Source of the DNA: Phycisphaerae bacterium
GTDB taxonomy: Bacteria; Planctomycetota; Phycisphaerae; UBA1845; Fen-1342
Direction: 5' to 3'
Length of the DNA stretch: 64,000 bases
Assembly (NCBI GenBank): GCA_050115495.1
Contig: JASFQK010000009.1
Coordinates: 97,163-161,162, forward strand
Part shown: positions 28,289 to 38,976 of the stretch, one piece after another
Layout of the letters: every line of letters starts with the position of its first letter
How positions within the stretch are numbered: position 1 is the first letter of the stretch
Notes under the pieces: model-generated
The model's database searches: none
Told to the model about the DNA's origin: nothing
Seen by the model: the letters and a program-made list of their open reading frames with translations, nothing else
Program-made: the position numbers and the translations under genes

Positions 28289-30271
28289 TCATGACTGGTC
28301 ATCCGCATTACCGCTCGCCGCCGGCGCAGCGGTGCGGCCTGTGAGCAGCAGGCCGGTCAGGGCGACAGTGGCCACGGCGAACACTGCGGTCAGCACGGCC
28401 GCCGGCACGTGGTCGCCATAGATCCAGTAGCCGGTGCCAAACAGGGCGCTGTAGATCGCCAGGCAGCCGACGACCATGCACAGAATGCCGCGTGGTAGAT
28501 TGGCGTGGCCGCGCTCGGCGCCGGTGATGGGCTCGCCGTCGCGCTCGGCGTCGGCGATGACCTTGCGCCAGCCAGGGCCGCCGGGGCGGATGAGCTTGCA
28601 GAAACTGCGCAGCGTGCGCGGGTCGTCGGGCGGTGTGACGGCCGTCACCAGAAGCCAGGCCACGGTCGTGATGCCGACACCGATGATCAGTTGTTGCCAA
28701 GCGGCCAGTCCCTCCGGCGCGGCGACCTGCATGTACACGGCGACGGCGAAGGACACGACCATCGCCGTCAATTCACTGTACGGATTGATGCGCCACCAGA
28801 ACCAGCGCAGGATGAACAGCAGGCCCGTACCGGCGCCGATCTGGAGCAGAATCTCGAACGCTTGCAGGGCGCTTTCCAGCCACAGGGCCAGCGCCCCGGC
28901 GACGATCATCAACAACACCGTCGTCGCGCGGCCGACCCAGACAAGCTGCCGCTGCCCGGCCTGCGGGCTGACGAAGCGTTTCCAGACGTCGTTGACGACG
29001 TAGCTCGAACCCCAGTTGAGGTGCGTCGAGATCGTGGACATGTACGCCGCAATCAGCGACGCCACGACCAGCCCGAGCAACCCATGCGGCAGGAAGGTGA
29101 GCATCGCCGGATAGGCCAGGTCGTGGCCGAGCTTGTCGAGCTGCGTCTTGGGAAAGGCGCGGTGGATGGCCGTGAGGCCCTTCTCCTGGACCTTGAGCGT
29201 TTCGATCTGCTCGCACACCACCGGGTCGACCGACGCCGGGTCCTTCGACCACTGCGCGACGAGCGGGCTCAACTCCGGATCACCCAACGCGGCTTTGGCC
29301 GCCTTGCGGTCGGCGGCGGAATCGAGCGGGAAGATCACGAGTGAGCAGAGTGCCACGAGAATCCACGGCCACGGACGCAGGGCGTAGTGGGCGGCGTTGA
29401 AGAACAGCGTGGCGCCGACGGCGTGTCGCTCATCGCGTGCGGCCAGCATGCGCTGGGCAACGTACCCGCCGCCGCCTGGCTCCGAACCCGGATACCACAC
29501 GCTCCACCACTGCACGGCCAGTGGCACGATGAACACGGCGACCAGCGTGTTCATGTTGCTCGATCCGTCCGGCTGCTTCAGCGGCGGCAGGATAGAGAGC
29601 TTGCCCGCAACGTGCTCGCTGCCCAGCAGGCCGGCCAGCCCCCCTACCTCAGGCTGCCCCAAAGCCACGAACGCCGCCGCCACCGCTCCGATCATGGCGA
29701 TGGCGAAGAGCAGGAAGTCCGTGAGCACAACGGCCCGCAGCCCGCCCAGGGCGCTGAAGACCACCGTCACCACCGAGGCCAGTACGATCGTCTGCGCCGG
29801 CGAGAAATCGAGCATCACTCGCCCGATCTTGATCGCCGCCAGCGACACCGTGGCCATGATGCAGATGTTGAAGAACACGCCCAAGTACAGGGCCCGGAAC
29901 CCGCGCAGGAACGCCGCCGGCTTGCTGGAGTAGCGCAGTTCGTAGAACTCGATGTCGGTCGTCACGCCCGACCGCCGCCACAGCCGCGCGTACACGAACA
30001 CGGTCAGCATGCCCGTGAGCAGAAACGCCCACCAGGCCCAGTTCCCGGCGACGCCGTTCTGCCGGACGATATCGGTGACGAGGTTCGGCGTATCCGTCGA
30101 GAACGTCGTGGCCACCATCGAGATGCCCAGCAGCCACCAGGGCATCATCCGCCCGGAAAGAAAGAACTCCGACACGTTGCGGCCCGCCCGCCGGGCGACC
30201 AGCAAGCCAATCACCAGACTCACGCTGAAGAAGGCGACGACGATCGTCCAGTCGAGATGGTCAAGCTGCAT
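28289..30271 (-). CDS. Sodium:solute symporter (SSS), probably a sugar transporter
   Basis: FFLSGR..PWW..G.SMVATTF, GGLRAVVLTD, QRMLAA, AAYMST. Confidence 0.95.
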   Translation of the reverse strand: MQLDHLDWTIVVAFFSVSLVIGLLVARRAGRNVSEFFLSGRMMPWWLLGISMVATTFSTDTPNLVTDIVRQNGVAGNWAWWAFLLTGMLTVFVYARLWRRSGVTTDIEFYELRYSSKPAAFLRGFRALYLGVFFNICIMATVSLAAIKIGRVMLDFSPAQTIVLASVVTVVFSALGGLRAVVLTDFLLFAIAMIGAVAAAFVALGQPEVGGLAGLLGSEHVAGKLSILPPLKQPDGSSNMNTLVAVFIVPLAVQWWSVWYPGSEPGGGGYVAQRMLAARDERHAVGATLFFNAAHYALRPWPWILVALCSLVIFPLDSAADRKAAKAALGDPELSPLVAQWSKDPASVDPVVCEQIETLKVQEKGLTAIHRAFPKTQLDKLGHDLAYPAMLTFLPHGLLGLVVASLIAAYMSTISTHLNWGSSYVVNDVWKRFVSPQAGQRQLVWVGRATTVLLMIVAGALALWLESALQAFEILLQIGAGTGLLFILRWFWWRINPYSELTAMVVSFAVAVYMQVAAPEGLAAWQQLIIGVGITTVAWLLVTAVTPPDDPRTLRSFCKLIRPGGPGWRKVIADAERDGEPITGAERGHANLPRGILCMVVGCLAIYSALFGTGYWIYGDHVPAAVLTAVFAVATVALTGLLLTGRTAAPAASGNADDQS

Positions 30272-30307
30272 ACTGCCGTCCTCGTCAGCACAAGGCCCCG
30301 ACTCCTC

Positions 30308-33300
30308 TCACTTGCCGACGCAATACGCCGCACACCGGCGAATCAGCGGCTCGCCGACCGCCTGCGTCACGCGCAGCCGAATCGCCGACACCTCGCACAA
30401 CTCGAAGCGGTCCATGCGTTTGTGGCCGATCGCGCTGCCCTCGGCCAGCACCTGCCACTCGTCCCCGACACGTCCCTCAATGACGTACGCCCGCACGCGT
30501 TCGCCGCCGGCGATGTCCTCCTGCATAACCACGTGATCCACCTTGGTCGGTTTGCCGAAGGTGAGCTCCAGCGTTTCACCCTTGCCGGCGGCTTCCGCCA
30601 GGCTCTTTCCGAAGCGCTGGCGCAACTCCGCCCCAAACTCGGCCCCGCGGCGAACGTCCGCCTCCGGGATCAGGCCGGTCGTATCCGGCGTGTGGTTGAC
30701 CAGCAGCACCGCCCCGCGGCCGACGGACTTGTAGTACATGTCCATGAGCTGATCCACGGTCTTGAGCGTTTCGGCGTTGTCGCGCCGCCAGAACCACGTG
30801 TTGCGCATCCGTGCGTCGCATTCATTCGGCAGCCACACCGTCCCGGCGGGATCGCCGTCGGCCGCGGTGGCCGTGCCCGTGCGGGCCGCCTCCGCCGAGA
30901 CCGAATTCCACGCGGGATACGGGGCGACGCCGTCCTCGTTGCCGACCCAACGAATCGTCGCCTGCGGGCCCTGGAACACCATCGCGTCCGGCGCGTACTT
31001 CTTCAGAATGTCCGCCACCGGCACGACAATACTGCCGTCGAACCAGACCTCGTACATTGGGCCGTACCGGCTCAACACCTCGGTGAGCTGCCGGCGGTAG
31101 ACCTCGTTGTACGCCTGCTGCTCCGCCTCCGTTTCGCAGCGTCCGCCGCCGCCGGCGCCGTGCCGACGATCCGTCGGCGAGATGTACACGCCCAGCTTCA
31201 TGTCCCACCGGCGGCACGAATCGGCGAGGTCGGCCAGCACGTCGCCCTGCCCGTCGCGCCAGGGCGTGCTCTTGACGCTGTAGTCGGTCGTCTCCGTCGG
31301 CCACAGGCAGAAGCCGCCGGCGTGCTTGGCGACAATGATGATGTACTGCGCCCCCATGACCTTGGCGGCGTGCACCCACTGATCGGTGTTCAGCTCCGCC
31401 GGGTTGAACCGCTCCAGTGGCAGCGCGAGGTCGTCGTATTCGCGGTCGAGCCAGGTGTTCGGCGCGAAGTGAATGAACATGCCCAGTTCGCAGTCCTGCC
31501 AGGCGATCTGCGCCGGCGTCGGTCGAGCCAACCCGGGCACGCCTGTCGACTGGGCTTCGCTCGATGCCGGCGCGCTGAGCGCCGCATCGGGGATGCGCTC
31601 TCGCGGAATGCCCGGCCCCGCCCACCAGACTTCCAGTGCGTCATCGCCCGTCCGCTCGAAGAACGTCACCGTGATCGGGTGCAGGCCGGCGGCAAGGGCA
31701 ATCTGGCCGCTGCGCTCGAACGCACTGTGCGGGCCGTCGTTGTTCACCACCAACTGGTCGCCGATGTACAGCCGGCTGCCGTCGTCGGAGACGGTCGAGA
31801 AGGTGTACACGCCGTCGTCGGGCACGGCCACGTAGCCGCGGTAGCGGAACGCGAAGCCGTCCGGCCGATTGCGCGGCGCGTACGTGAAGTTATCCACACG
31901 TCCCGTCTTGACTGCGTTCAGCGTGTCGAAGTCGGGCAGCACATCCCACTTGCCCTCGTAATACTCGTACTGCAGGCCGGACGTCGCGCCGGCCTCCGTC
32001 TCCGCCGGCCGGGGCTCGACCTTCGTAAACGTGGCCCGGGCAGCACCGCTGACCGGCTGACCATCGCGGAAGTGCTGCGCCACGACCGTGCACGTCTCGG
32101 CGATGAATACCGGGCCACCGACGACCGGCGAGTCGGCCGTCGGCAGCGAACCGTCGAGTGTGTAACGAATCTCGACGTCGCGGCTGCCGGGCTCGATCAC
32201 CACCGCCAGTGCATCCACGAAGATGTCCGCTTCGGTGGCGATGGTCGGCGGTTCGATCACGCGGGGACCATCCCAGATCTGCAGAACCACGACGCTGTCG
32301 ATCGGATCGGGCGCTTCGCGCGGCACGTCGATCACCAACGCACCCGCCTCGCGGCTCACCTCCAGCGGCGGACCCTGCGGATCGGCGAGCAGGCGGACGA
32401 CGAACGGCTCGTTCTGGAGACCGGGCACAACGAGCTTGCCATCCTTCGGCCAATCGAAGACGTGCAGATACACGAAGCACTTCAGACGCCGCGTGGGCAA
32501 GCATCTCATTGTGCACCGCCCCCACGGCAGGTGCTTGAACGGGCTGGCCGTCGTGCCGTAGATCGACTCGCCGTTGACCTTCATCCATGCCCCGATCTCG
32601 CGCAGGCGCTCGACGGCCTCCGGCGGGAACGTGCCGTCGGCCCGCGGCCCCACGTTGAGCAGGAAGTTGCCGCCCTTCGAGGCGATGTCGACCAGCTTGC
32701 GGATCAGGTCGGCGGTGGACTTCCAGTTGTGGTCGTACGCGTTGTAGCCCCAGTGGTTGTTCATCGTCATGCAGGTTTCCCAGTCGACGCCGGGCAGACC
32801 GGTCGCGGGAATTGCCTGCTCGGGCGTGCCGAAATCGCCGGCGAAGCGCTCATCCGTGGTCATGCCGGCCATGCCCGCCCGCCCCTTGTCGACGCGGTTA
32901 TTGACGATGATGTCGGGTTGCAGCTCGCGCACGTAGCGATACAGGTCGAGGCCACGCTCGTGGTTCCACGTATTCTCCCACTCGCCGTCGAACCACATCA
33001 CGCCGATGGGACCGTACTTCGTCAGCAGCTCGCGCACCTCGCTCTTGAGATACGTGACGAAGCGGTCGAAGTCGGCCCCCTCCGCCGACCGTTGCTCCCA
33101 CCCGCGCCGCGGCAGGTAGTCCGGGTGATGCCAGTCCATGATCGAGTGGTACCAGCACATCTTCAGCCCGGCGGCCCGGCAGGCGTCGGAGAGCTCCTTC
33201 ATGATGTCCCGCCTGAACGGCGTGGACATCACGTCGTAGTCCGTGTACGCCGAGTCGAACAGGCAGAAGCCGTCGTGATGTTTCGAAGTGATCACGATGT

Positions 33301-33646
33301 ACTTCATGCCGGCGTCCTGGGCCATGCGTACCCACTCCGTCGCGTCGAACTGCACCGGGTTGAACTCGCTGCGGAACTGCTCGTAGCGCTCCACGGGAAT
33401 GTGGGCGGTGTTCATGATCCACTCGGCGTGGTTCGTGTTGTCGCCCCAGCGCCCCGCGGGAATGGCGTACAACCCCCAGTGAATGAACATGCCGAAGCGG
33501 GCCTCCCGCCACCAGGCCATGCGGGCGTCCCGCTCGGCGCGTGTCTCGGTGGGCATGCTCGGCACCTCACTCTTCGTCGTCTGCGCCCGGCACAATCCGC
33601 CGGCCAGCAGCAGAAACGCCATCGCCAGCCACCATCGCTTGCTCAT
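30308..33646 (-). CDS. Multidomain alpha-L-fucosidase: GH29 - FN3-like - PA14 - GH29 - CBM-like
   Basis: FGMFIHWG/KHHDGF/WFDGEW and a second set LGMFIHF/KHAGGF/WFDG/RWVGNEDG; signal peptide. Confidence 0.92.
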   Translation of the reverse strand: MSKRWWLAMAFLLLAGGLCRAQTTKSEVPSMPTETRAERDARMAWWREARFGMFIHWGLYAIPAGRWGDNTNHAEWIMNTAHIPVERYEQFRSEFNPVQFDATEWVRMAQDAGMKYIVITSKHHDGFCLFDSAYTDYDVMSTPFRRDIMKELSDACRAAGLKMCWYHSIMDWHHPDYLPRRGWEQRSAEGADFDRFVTYLKSEVRELLTKYGPIGVMWFDGEWENTWNHERGLDLYRYVRELQPDIIVNNRVDKGRAGMAGMTTDERFAGDFGTPEQAIPATGLPGVDWETCMTMNNHWGYNAYDHNWKSTADLIRKLVDIASKGGNFLLNVGPRADGTFPPEAVERLREIGAWMKVNGESIYGTTASPFKHLPWGRCTMRCLPTRRLKCFVYLHVFDWPKDGKLVVPGLQNEPFVVRLLADPQGPPLEVSREAGALVIDVPREAPDPIDSVVVLQIWDGPRVIEPPTIATEADIFVDALAVVIEPGSRDVEIRYTLDGSLPTADSPVVGGPVFIAETCTVVAQHFRDGQPVSGAARATFTKVEPRPAETEAGATSGLQYEYYEGKWDVLPDFDTLNAVKTGRVDNFTYAPRNRPDGFAFRYRGYVAVPDDGVYTFSTVSDDGSRLYIGDQLVVNNDGPHSAFERSGQIALAAGLHPITVTFFERTGDDALEVWWAGPGIPRERIPDAALSAPASSEAQSTGVPGLARPTPAQIAWQDCELGMFIHFAPNTWLDREYDDLALPLERFNPAELNTDQWVHAAKVMGAQYIIIVAKHAGGFCLWPTETTDYSVKSTPWRDGQGDVLADLADSCRRWDMKLGVYISPTDRRHGAGGGGRCETEAEQQAYNEVYRRQLTEVLSRYGPMYEVWFDGSIVVPVADILKKYAPDAMVFQGPQATIRWVGNEDGVAPYPAWNSVSAEAARTGTATAADGDPAGTVWLPNECDARMRNTWFWRRDNAETLKTVDQLMDMYYKSVGRGAVLLVNHTPDTTGLIPEADVRRGAEFGAELRQRFGKSLAEAAGKGETLELTFGKPTKVDHVVMQEDIAGGERVRAYVIEGRVGDEWQVLAEGSAIGHKRMDRFELCEVSAIRLRVTQAVGEPLIRRCAAYCVGK

Positions 33647-33662
33647 CACGCTGCACTCCCGC

Positions 33663-34514
33663 TCAGCCCATGGCCCCGTTGGCAATCGCCAGCACGTGCT
33701 CCGGCGTTCCGCCGCAGGCACCCTCGCCGTAGACCATCCGCCGACACGACGGCTTGGACGCGAAACCGCGCGCCGTCAGCAACTCGATTGCTTCACGATT
33801 CACCGCGGGCACGCCGGCCAGAATCGGCGCGTCCGCGAACTCGCTTACCACGGTGTCGATCAACGCTTCAGCCGCCGCCGGCGTCGTGGCCACGCCCGGC
33901 CCCAGCCGTACGCCGTGCTGCGACGCACTGGTGATGACATAGCTCGCGACGCTCCCGCCGTCCGGCACCCACCAGGCGCCGTGCCCATCCTGCAACAGCC
34001 GACTGAGCAGCCGGCCGCGGTCATCGCCGAAATGCTCAGCGTCGAACTCCGCCACAGTCCGTAGCGAAGGCCCCAGCAGACGCTCCGCCGGCGCATTCTC
34101 CGCCGTCGGCGGCTCACGCCAGCCCTCCAGCCGAAACCGCAACGACTCAAACTCGTCCCGAAACCCCAGCCGCTGATAGAGACTCACGCCCAGCGGGACC
34201 GCCTCCAGCCGAAGCGTGCGCACGCCCTGCTGTGCCAGGTGGTCCATCGCCCGGCGCATCAACTGTTCGCCGACGCCCTGCCGCCGGCAGTCCGGCTCGA
34301 CGATCAGGTTACCCACCCAGCCGGTCTCGCGATGCCGCGTCGTGGTCACCAGCCCCGCAGGCCGCCCCTCACACTCGGCGATGAAGTTCCCCTCGCGATC
34401 CAGTGCCAGGCAGAAGTGGAACACGCTCGCCGGTGTGTCCCACCCTTCACGAGCCGTCTGCTTCACGGCGAAATCAACGTCATGGGGTCCCAGCAGGCGA
34501 ATGGTGACATTCAT
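33663..34514 (-). CDS. GNAT N-acetyltransferase (two-domain, YitH-like)
   Basis: VEPDCRRQGVG motif A, LYQRLGF; second domain RLGP. Confidence 0.88.
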   Translation of the reverse strand: MNVTIRLLGPHDVDFAVKQTAREGWDTPASVFHFCLALDREGNFIAECEGRPAGLVTTTRHRETGWVGNLIVEPDCRRQGVGEQLMRRAMDHLAQQGVRTLRLEAVPLGVSLYQRLGFRDEFESLRFRLEGWREPPTAENAPAERLLGPSLRTVAEFDAEHFGDDRGRLLSRLLQDGHGAWWVPDGGSVASYVITSASQHGVRLGPGVATTPAAAEALIDTVVSEFADAPILAGVPAVNREAIELLTARGFASKPSCRRMVYGEGACGGTPEHVLAIANGAMG

Positions 34515-34711
34515 GATCGAGCAGTATCCTCACTCCGGCGACGATTGGAAAGCCCGCACGCCGAAAGCCCGCCGGCCGCCCTGCCGCCCAGTTGACACCT
34601 CCCCGCCGATGGGGCATACAGAGGCGTCCGTCTCGCGGATGCGGGCGGCTCGTCCGGCAGCGCGTGCTGCCGCGAGTCCGTACCGACGACGCTCTGCCCC
34701 GAATGCATCTG

Positions 34712-36550
34712 ATGACAACAGCCGACAACACGAGCCGCCAAACGCCGGCCAAACTGCTGCTCTGTAGCGCCGGCGGCGCCGCGGTCGGGATGAGCCTTGT
34801 GCTGCATATGCTTGCGCCATCGCTGACCGGCCGGCTCGGCATCTGGCTGGTGGCGGCGGGAGCGGCGGTCGTGCTCGGCATCGCCGGCTGGTTCGTGGGT
34901 GCGCGTCTCTGGCGGCGGTCGGCGGCCGGTGGCAGCCCCTGGTGGATTCTGGCAACCGCAGCGGCCCTGCTCATCGGTGCCGTTCTCGTGCTGGCCATCC
35001 CGCTGCCTGTCTCCGGGCGAGCAACCGCCGGCGAGACGTACGGTGCACCGGCTCGCGCCGGGCTCTTCCTCCTCGACGCCGTCGCCCTCGCCGCCCTGGT
35101 CACGCTGCTTGTCACGCTGCTGGCCCGCCGCGGCAAACCCAGAGAACAGACGCCGCGCGTGTCCTGGTGGGCACCGCTGATGTACGCCCTGCCCTGCGCC
35201 GCCGTCTGGCTCCTCTGGTGGCTGGCGTTCTGGCCGGGCGTGATGTCCGCCGACTCGCTCTGGCAATGGTCGCAGGCCACGCACGAGCGCTTCAACGACT
35301 GGCACCCGGCCTGCCACACCATGCTCATCTGGCTCATTCGCCAATGGTGGTCGTCGCCCGCCGCCGTCGGCCTCGTGCAGATCATCGCCCTCAGCCTCAC
35401 TTGCGGCTGGGGATTGGCGACACTGCGCCGCGCCGGTGTGCCCCGCACCGCCGTCTGGTTCGCCAGCGCCCTGCTCGCCCTGGCCCCTGGCAACGACGTG
35501 CTGGTGATCACGCTCTGGAAAGACGTGGCCTACGGCATCACGATTCTGGCGCTGACGGTGCTCGTCCTGCGCTACGTGCTCTCCCGCGGCGGCGTCCTGG
35601 CACGCTGGTGGCACTGGCCGGCGGCGGGCGTGCTGACCGCCCTCACCGCCCTGGTGCGACACAACGGTCCACCGGCCGCCTTCGCCACGATCTTCTCGCT
35701 CGCATTCGCCTATCCACGCCGCTGGCTGGCCGTGCTCGTCATTCTGGCGATCGGCGTCGGCGGCTGGTACGCGCGTGAGCCGCTGTACGACAAGGTCGGC
35801 GTAGACCGCGAGAAACGCGGGGAGGGGCTGGCCGGGATTCTGCTGCACCAGGTGGCCGCCCACGTCGCCGCCGGCACCCCGCTCACCCCCGAGGAGCACG
35901 AGTTTCTCAGCACGATCCACCCGCTCGATACCAAGTGGGCCTACACGCCGTACCGGGCCTCGGTGAGCCTGCACGACGGCCGCGTGCAGTTGAACACGCT
36001 GTCCACCGAGCGCGACCGTTTCTTCCAGCTCTGGGGCGACCTGCTGCAACGCAACCCGTCGGTGAACGCACATCACATGCTGTGTGCCAGTTCGCTCATC
36101 TGGCGGATCACGCCGCCGCCTGACGCGATGTGGCTCGGCGGCCGCATCAGCATCGCCGGCGACGGCACGATCACGCACATCGGCCACGGCAATCCGGACC
36201 TGGTGCAGGACACGAAGCTGTCGGCCATCCAGCCGGCGCTGGCCCGCTGGGTCGTCCGCTCGCAGAAGCCGGACTTGGTCTGGCTGTTGTGGGGGACGGG
36301 CCTGTTCCTGTACGTCGGAGTGGCCGCCGGGCTGGTAGCGGCCTTTCGGCGGCGCGATTGGCGGCTGCTGGTGGTGCTGCTGCCTACGCTCGTGCACTGC
36401 GCGGTTCTGGTGCCGCTGCTGCCGATCCAGGACTTCCGCTATCAGTACCCAGTCTACCTGACGGGCCTGATGCTTTGGCCGCTGGCGCTGTGCACAAGAA
36501 CCCCGCCGAGAGAACAGCCCCCGGGTGAGGCGAACGTCCCGTCCGCGTAG
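34712..36550 (+). CDS. Polytopic membrane protein, GT-C-like glycosyltransferase
   Basis: WPGVMSADS, DWHP, LWKDV, RHNG, DFRYQYP motifs; many TMs; start uncertain. Confidence 0.7.
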   Translation: MTTADNTSRQTPAKLLLCSAGGAAVGMSLVLHMLAPSLTGRLGIWLVAAGAAVVLGIAGWFVGARLWRRSAAGGSPWWILATAAALLIGAVLVLAIPLPVSGRATAGETYGAPARAGLFLLDAVALAALVTLLVTLLARRGKPREQTPRVSWWAPLMYALPCAAVWLLWWLAFWPGVMSADSLWQWSQATHERFNDWHPACHTMLIWLIRQWWSSPAAVGLVQIIALSLTCGWGLATLRRAGVPRTAVWFASALLALAPGNDVLVITLWKDVAYGITILALTVLVLRYVLSRGGVLARWWHWPAAGVLTALTALVRHNGPPAAFATIFSLAFAYPRRWLAVLVILAIGVGGWYAREPLYDKVGVDREKRGEGLAGILLHQVAAHVAAGTPLTPEEHEFLSTIHPLDTKWAYTPYRASVSLHDGRVQLNTLSTERDRFFQLWGDLLQRNPSVNAHHMLCASSLIWRITPPPDAMWLGGRISIAGDGTITHIGHGNPDLVQDTKLSAIQPALARWVVRSQKPDLVWLLWGTGLFLYVGVAAGLVAAFRRRDWRLLVVLLPTLVHCAVLVPLLPIQDFRYQYPVYLTGLMLWPLALCTRTPPREQPPGEANVPSA

Positions 36551-36565
36551 GACGGGCTCGGCGTG

Positions 36566-37741
36566 CTATCCGTATCGCCGACTGCTGGGCAGGTTGAAGA
36601 GCTGGTGCGACTCGCGCGGGGGTTCGGTGTGTCGGTCGCGCAACAGGACGTTGCCGAAATCCCCGCCGGGATCGACCGCGTCGACCGGTTTGCTGACCAC
36701 GGTCGGCGTCGCTTGATTCGCGGGCGGTGTGGCCGATTCGCCCGACGGCGGCGGTGAGAACCGCCCCGTCACCGCCTCAATCAGATATCGCGGCCGCCGG
36801 CGAGCCTCATCGAGCGTCCGCCACAGATACTCACCCAGCACACCCATCATCAGCATCTGCACGCCACCGAGGCACAACACCGTCACCATCGTCGACGTCC
36901 AGCCCTGCGGCGGATTACCGGCCAGCGCGTTAACGACCAGCACGCCGGCGTAGACGAACCCCAGCACCGCCACCAGCACGCCCACGTACACCATCAGCCG
37001 GATCGGCAGATACGTGAACGCGGTCACCGAATCGACGACGAGCTTGAGCTTCTTCCGCAGCGTCCAGCCCGACTGCCCGTGAGCCCGGCTCTTCTTGTCG
37101 TACTGAATACTGTCCTGCGGGAAGCCCATCCACGTGAGCAGCACGAGCAGGCTGACGTGGCTCTCCTGGAACTGCCGCAACGCCTCGATCACCATACGGT
37201 CGATCAGGAAGAAATCCGCCCCGGTCGGCGGCAACTCCCGAATCCCCACAACCCGCCGCATCAAGAAGTAGTACAGTCGCGCGAACCCGACCGTCGACGC
37301 CGTCTCCCCCTCGCGCTGCCGGCGAACGGCCCACACCACGCGGGCCCCGCCGCGCCAACGCTCCAGCAACTCAGGAATGGTCTCCGGCGGGTCCTGGAGA
37401 TCGGCGGCCATGACCACCGCAGCATCGCCGGCAGCATGATGCAGGCCGCACATGATCGCCGTATGCGAGCCGGCGTTGCGGGCGAAGAGGATGCCGCGCA
37501 CGCGCGGGTCTCGCCGGGCCAGGTCGGACACGACGTCGAACGTCCCGTCGCGTGAGTGATCGTCGATCACCAGCCATTCCCAGTCCACACCCGCCGCGCC
37601 CAGCACCGTCTGCAACCGCTCGTGCAGCAGCGGCAGATTCTTCGACTCGTTGTACGCCGGAGTGATGATCGTCAACTGCGGCCGGCGGATAGCATCCGCC
37701 GGTCCGGGCGACGTTCGCGTGTCTTCCGGGCTGGTGCTCAT
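36566..37741 (-). CDS. GT2 polyprenyl-phosphate sugar transferase (GtrB/ArnC-like)
   Basis: PAYNE, DDHSRD, RNAG, ADLQDPP, two C-terminal TMs, GEYLWR, RPRY. Confidence 0.92.
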   Translation of the reverse strand: MSTSPEDTRTSPGPADAIRRPQLTIITPAYNESKNLPLLHERLQTVLGAAGVDWEWLVIDDHSRDGTFDVVSDLARRDPRVRGILFARNAGSHTAIMCGLHHAAGDAAVVMAADLQDPPETIPELLERWRGGARVVWAVRRQREGETASTVGFARLYYFLMRRVVGIRELPPTGADFFLIDRMVIEALRQFQESHVSLLVLLTWMGFPQDSIQYDKKSRAHGQSGWTLRKKLKLVVDSVTAFTYLPIRLMVYVGVLVAVLGFVYAGVLVVNALAGNPPQGWTSTMVTVLCLGGVQMLMMGVLGEYLWRTLDEARRRPRYLIEAVTGRFSPPPSGESATPPANQATPTVVSKPVDAVDPGGDFGNVLLRDRHTEPPRESHQLFNLPSSRRYG

Positions 37742-38976
37742 GCGTCGTGTCCTCTCGCGCCGACCGCGGCCACGCCGGCCCGGCAGGCTTCGTGCAGCTC
37801 CGCCACCACGCGCTGCTGCTGTGCCGCGGTCATCTCGTGGAACAGCGGCAGGATGATGCAACGGTCCTGGGCAGCCTCGCTCTCGGCCAGCCGCCGGCAG
37901 GTTCCCTCGGCACAGTCGCACGGCGTTTCCTGCGGCCCGCACGACCACGTGCCCCGCGGATAGGCGCTCTCGCGGTGGCTGCACATGACCCCGCGCCGCG
38001 TGGCCACGCCCGCATCGAGCATCTGCTGCATCACCTCGACCTGGTCGCAGCCGTTCGGCAGACGCACGCAGTAGCTCTGCCAGTTGCTGCGGGCCCACGG
38101 CGGCTCGACCGGCAGCCCGAGCCCCGGGATCACCGCCAGCCGCTCGTGATACACCGCAGCCAGCTCCCGCCGGCGAGCAATGATCTCGTCCAGCCGCCGA
38201 AGCTGCTGCCGACCGACGGCGGCCTGAATGTCCGTCAGGCGATAGTTGAATCCCGCCTCGGGATACGTCTCGAAGATGACCTGCGACGACTTGTGCCGCA
38301 CCGCATCGGACACGCTCATGCCCTGGTGCCGCAACAGGCGGAAACGGGCGTCGTACTCGGCGTTGGCGGTCGTCAGCATGCCGCCGTCGCCCGTGGTCAG
38401 CAGTTTGCGCGGGTGGAACGAGAAGCAGGCCACGTCGCCGCGCGGCCGGCCGATGCGCTCCCAACTCCCCTGCCAGCGGATCTCGCTACCGATGGCGCAA
38501 GCCGCATCTTCGACGACGGGCAGCTTGTGCCGGGCGGCGATCTCCAGAATCGCCGGCAGATCGCACGGCATGCCCATCTGATGCACGGCGAGAATCGCCC
38601 GCGTCTTCGGGCCGATCGCCGCGGACAGCCGCCGCGGGTCGAGGTTGAACGTCCCCGGCTCGATGTCGACGAAAACCGGAATCGCCCCGCAATACCGAAT
38701 CGCGTTCGCGCCGGCGATGAACGAGTGGCTGGCCGTCACGACCTCGTCGCCCGGCTGTACACCGACCGCCAGCAGCGCCAGGTGCAGCGCGGTCGTGCAG
38801 CTCGACACGGCACACGCGTGCGTCGCCCCGATCGCCTCGGCGAACTCACGCTCGAACGCGGCCACCTGCGGCCCCTGCGTCACCCAGCCCGAGCGAATGA
38901 CCTCGCCGGCGGCGGCGGCTTCGGCGTCGTCGAGCCAGGGGCGGGCCACCGGGATGAAATCGGGTTGCGGGCTCAT
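37738..38976 (-). CDS. DegT/DnrJ/ArnB-family sugar aminotransferase
   Basis: SSCTTALH, EDAAC, SFHPRK (PLP Lys), GFNYR. Confidence 0.95.
   Translation of the reverse strand: MSPQPDFIPVARPWLDDAEAAAAGEVIRSGWVTQGPQVAAFEREFAEAIGATHACAVSSCTTALHLALLAVGVQPGDEVVTASHSFIAGANAIRYCGAIPVFVDIEPGTFNLDPRRLSAAIGPKTRAILAVHQMGMPCDLPAILEIAARHKLPVVEDAACAIGSEIRWQGSWERIGRPRGDVACFSFHPRKLLTTGDGGMLTTANAEYDARFRLLRHQGMSVSDAVRHKSSQVIFETYPEAGFNYRLTDIQAAVGRQQLRRLDEIIARRRELAAVYHERLAVIPGLGLPVEPPWARSNWQSYCVRLPNGCDQVEVMQQMLDAGVATRRGVMCSHRESAYPRGTWSCGPQETPCDCAEGTCRRLAESEAAQDRCIILPLFHEMTAAQQQRVVAELHEACRAGVAAVGARGHDA

Noticed and set aside
29387..33934. 1515-aa plus-strand ORF and similar long shadow ORFs (e.g. 34511-36397, 37747-39462, 48393-50696)
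   Set aside because: Antisense or off-frame to well-supported genes; expected from high-GC codon bias; no motifs
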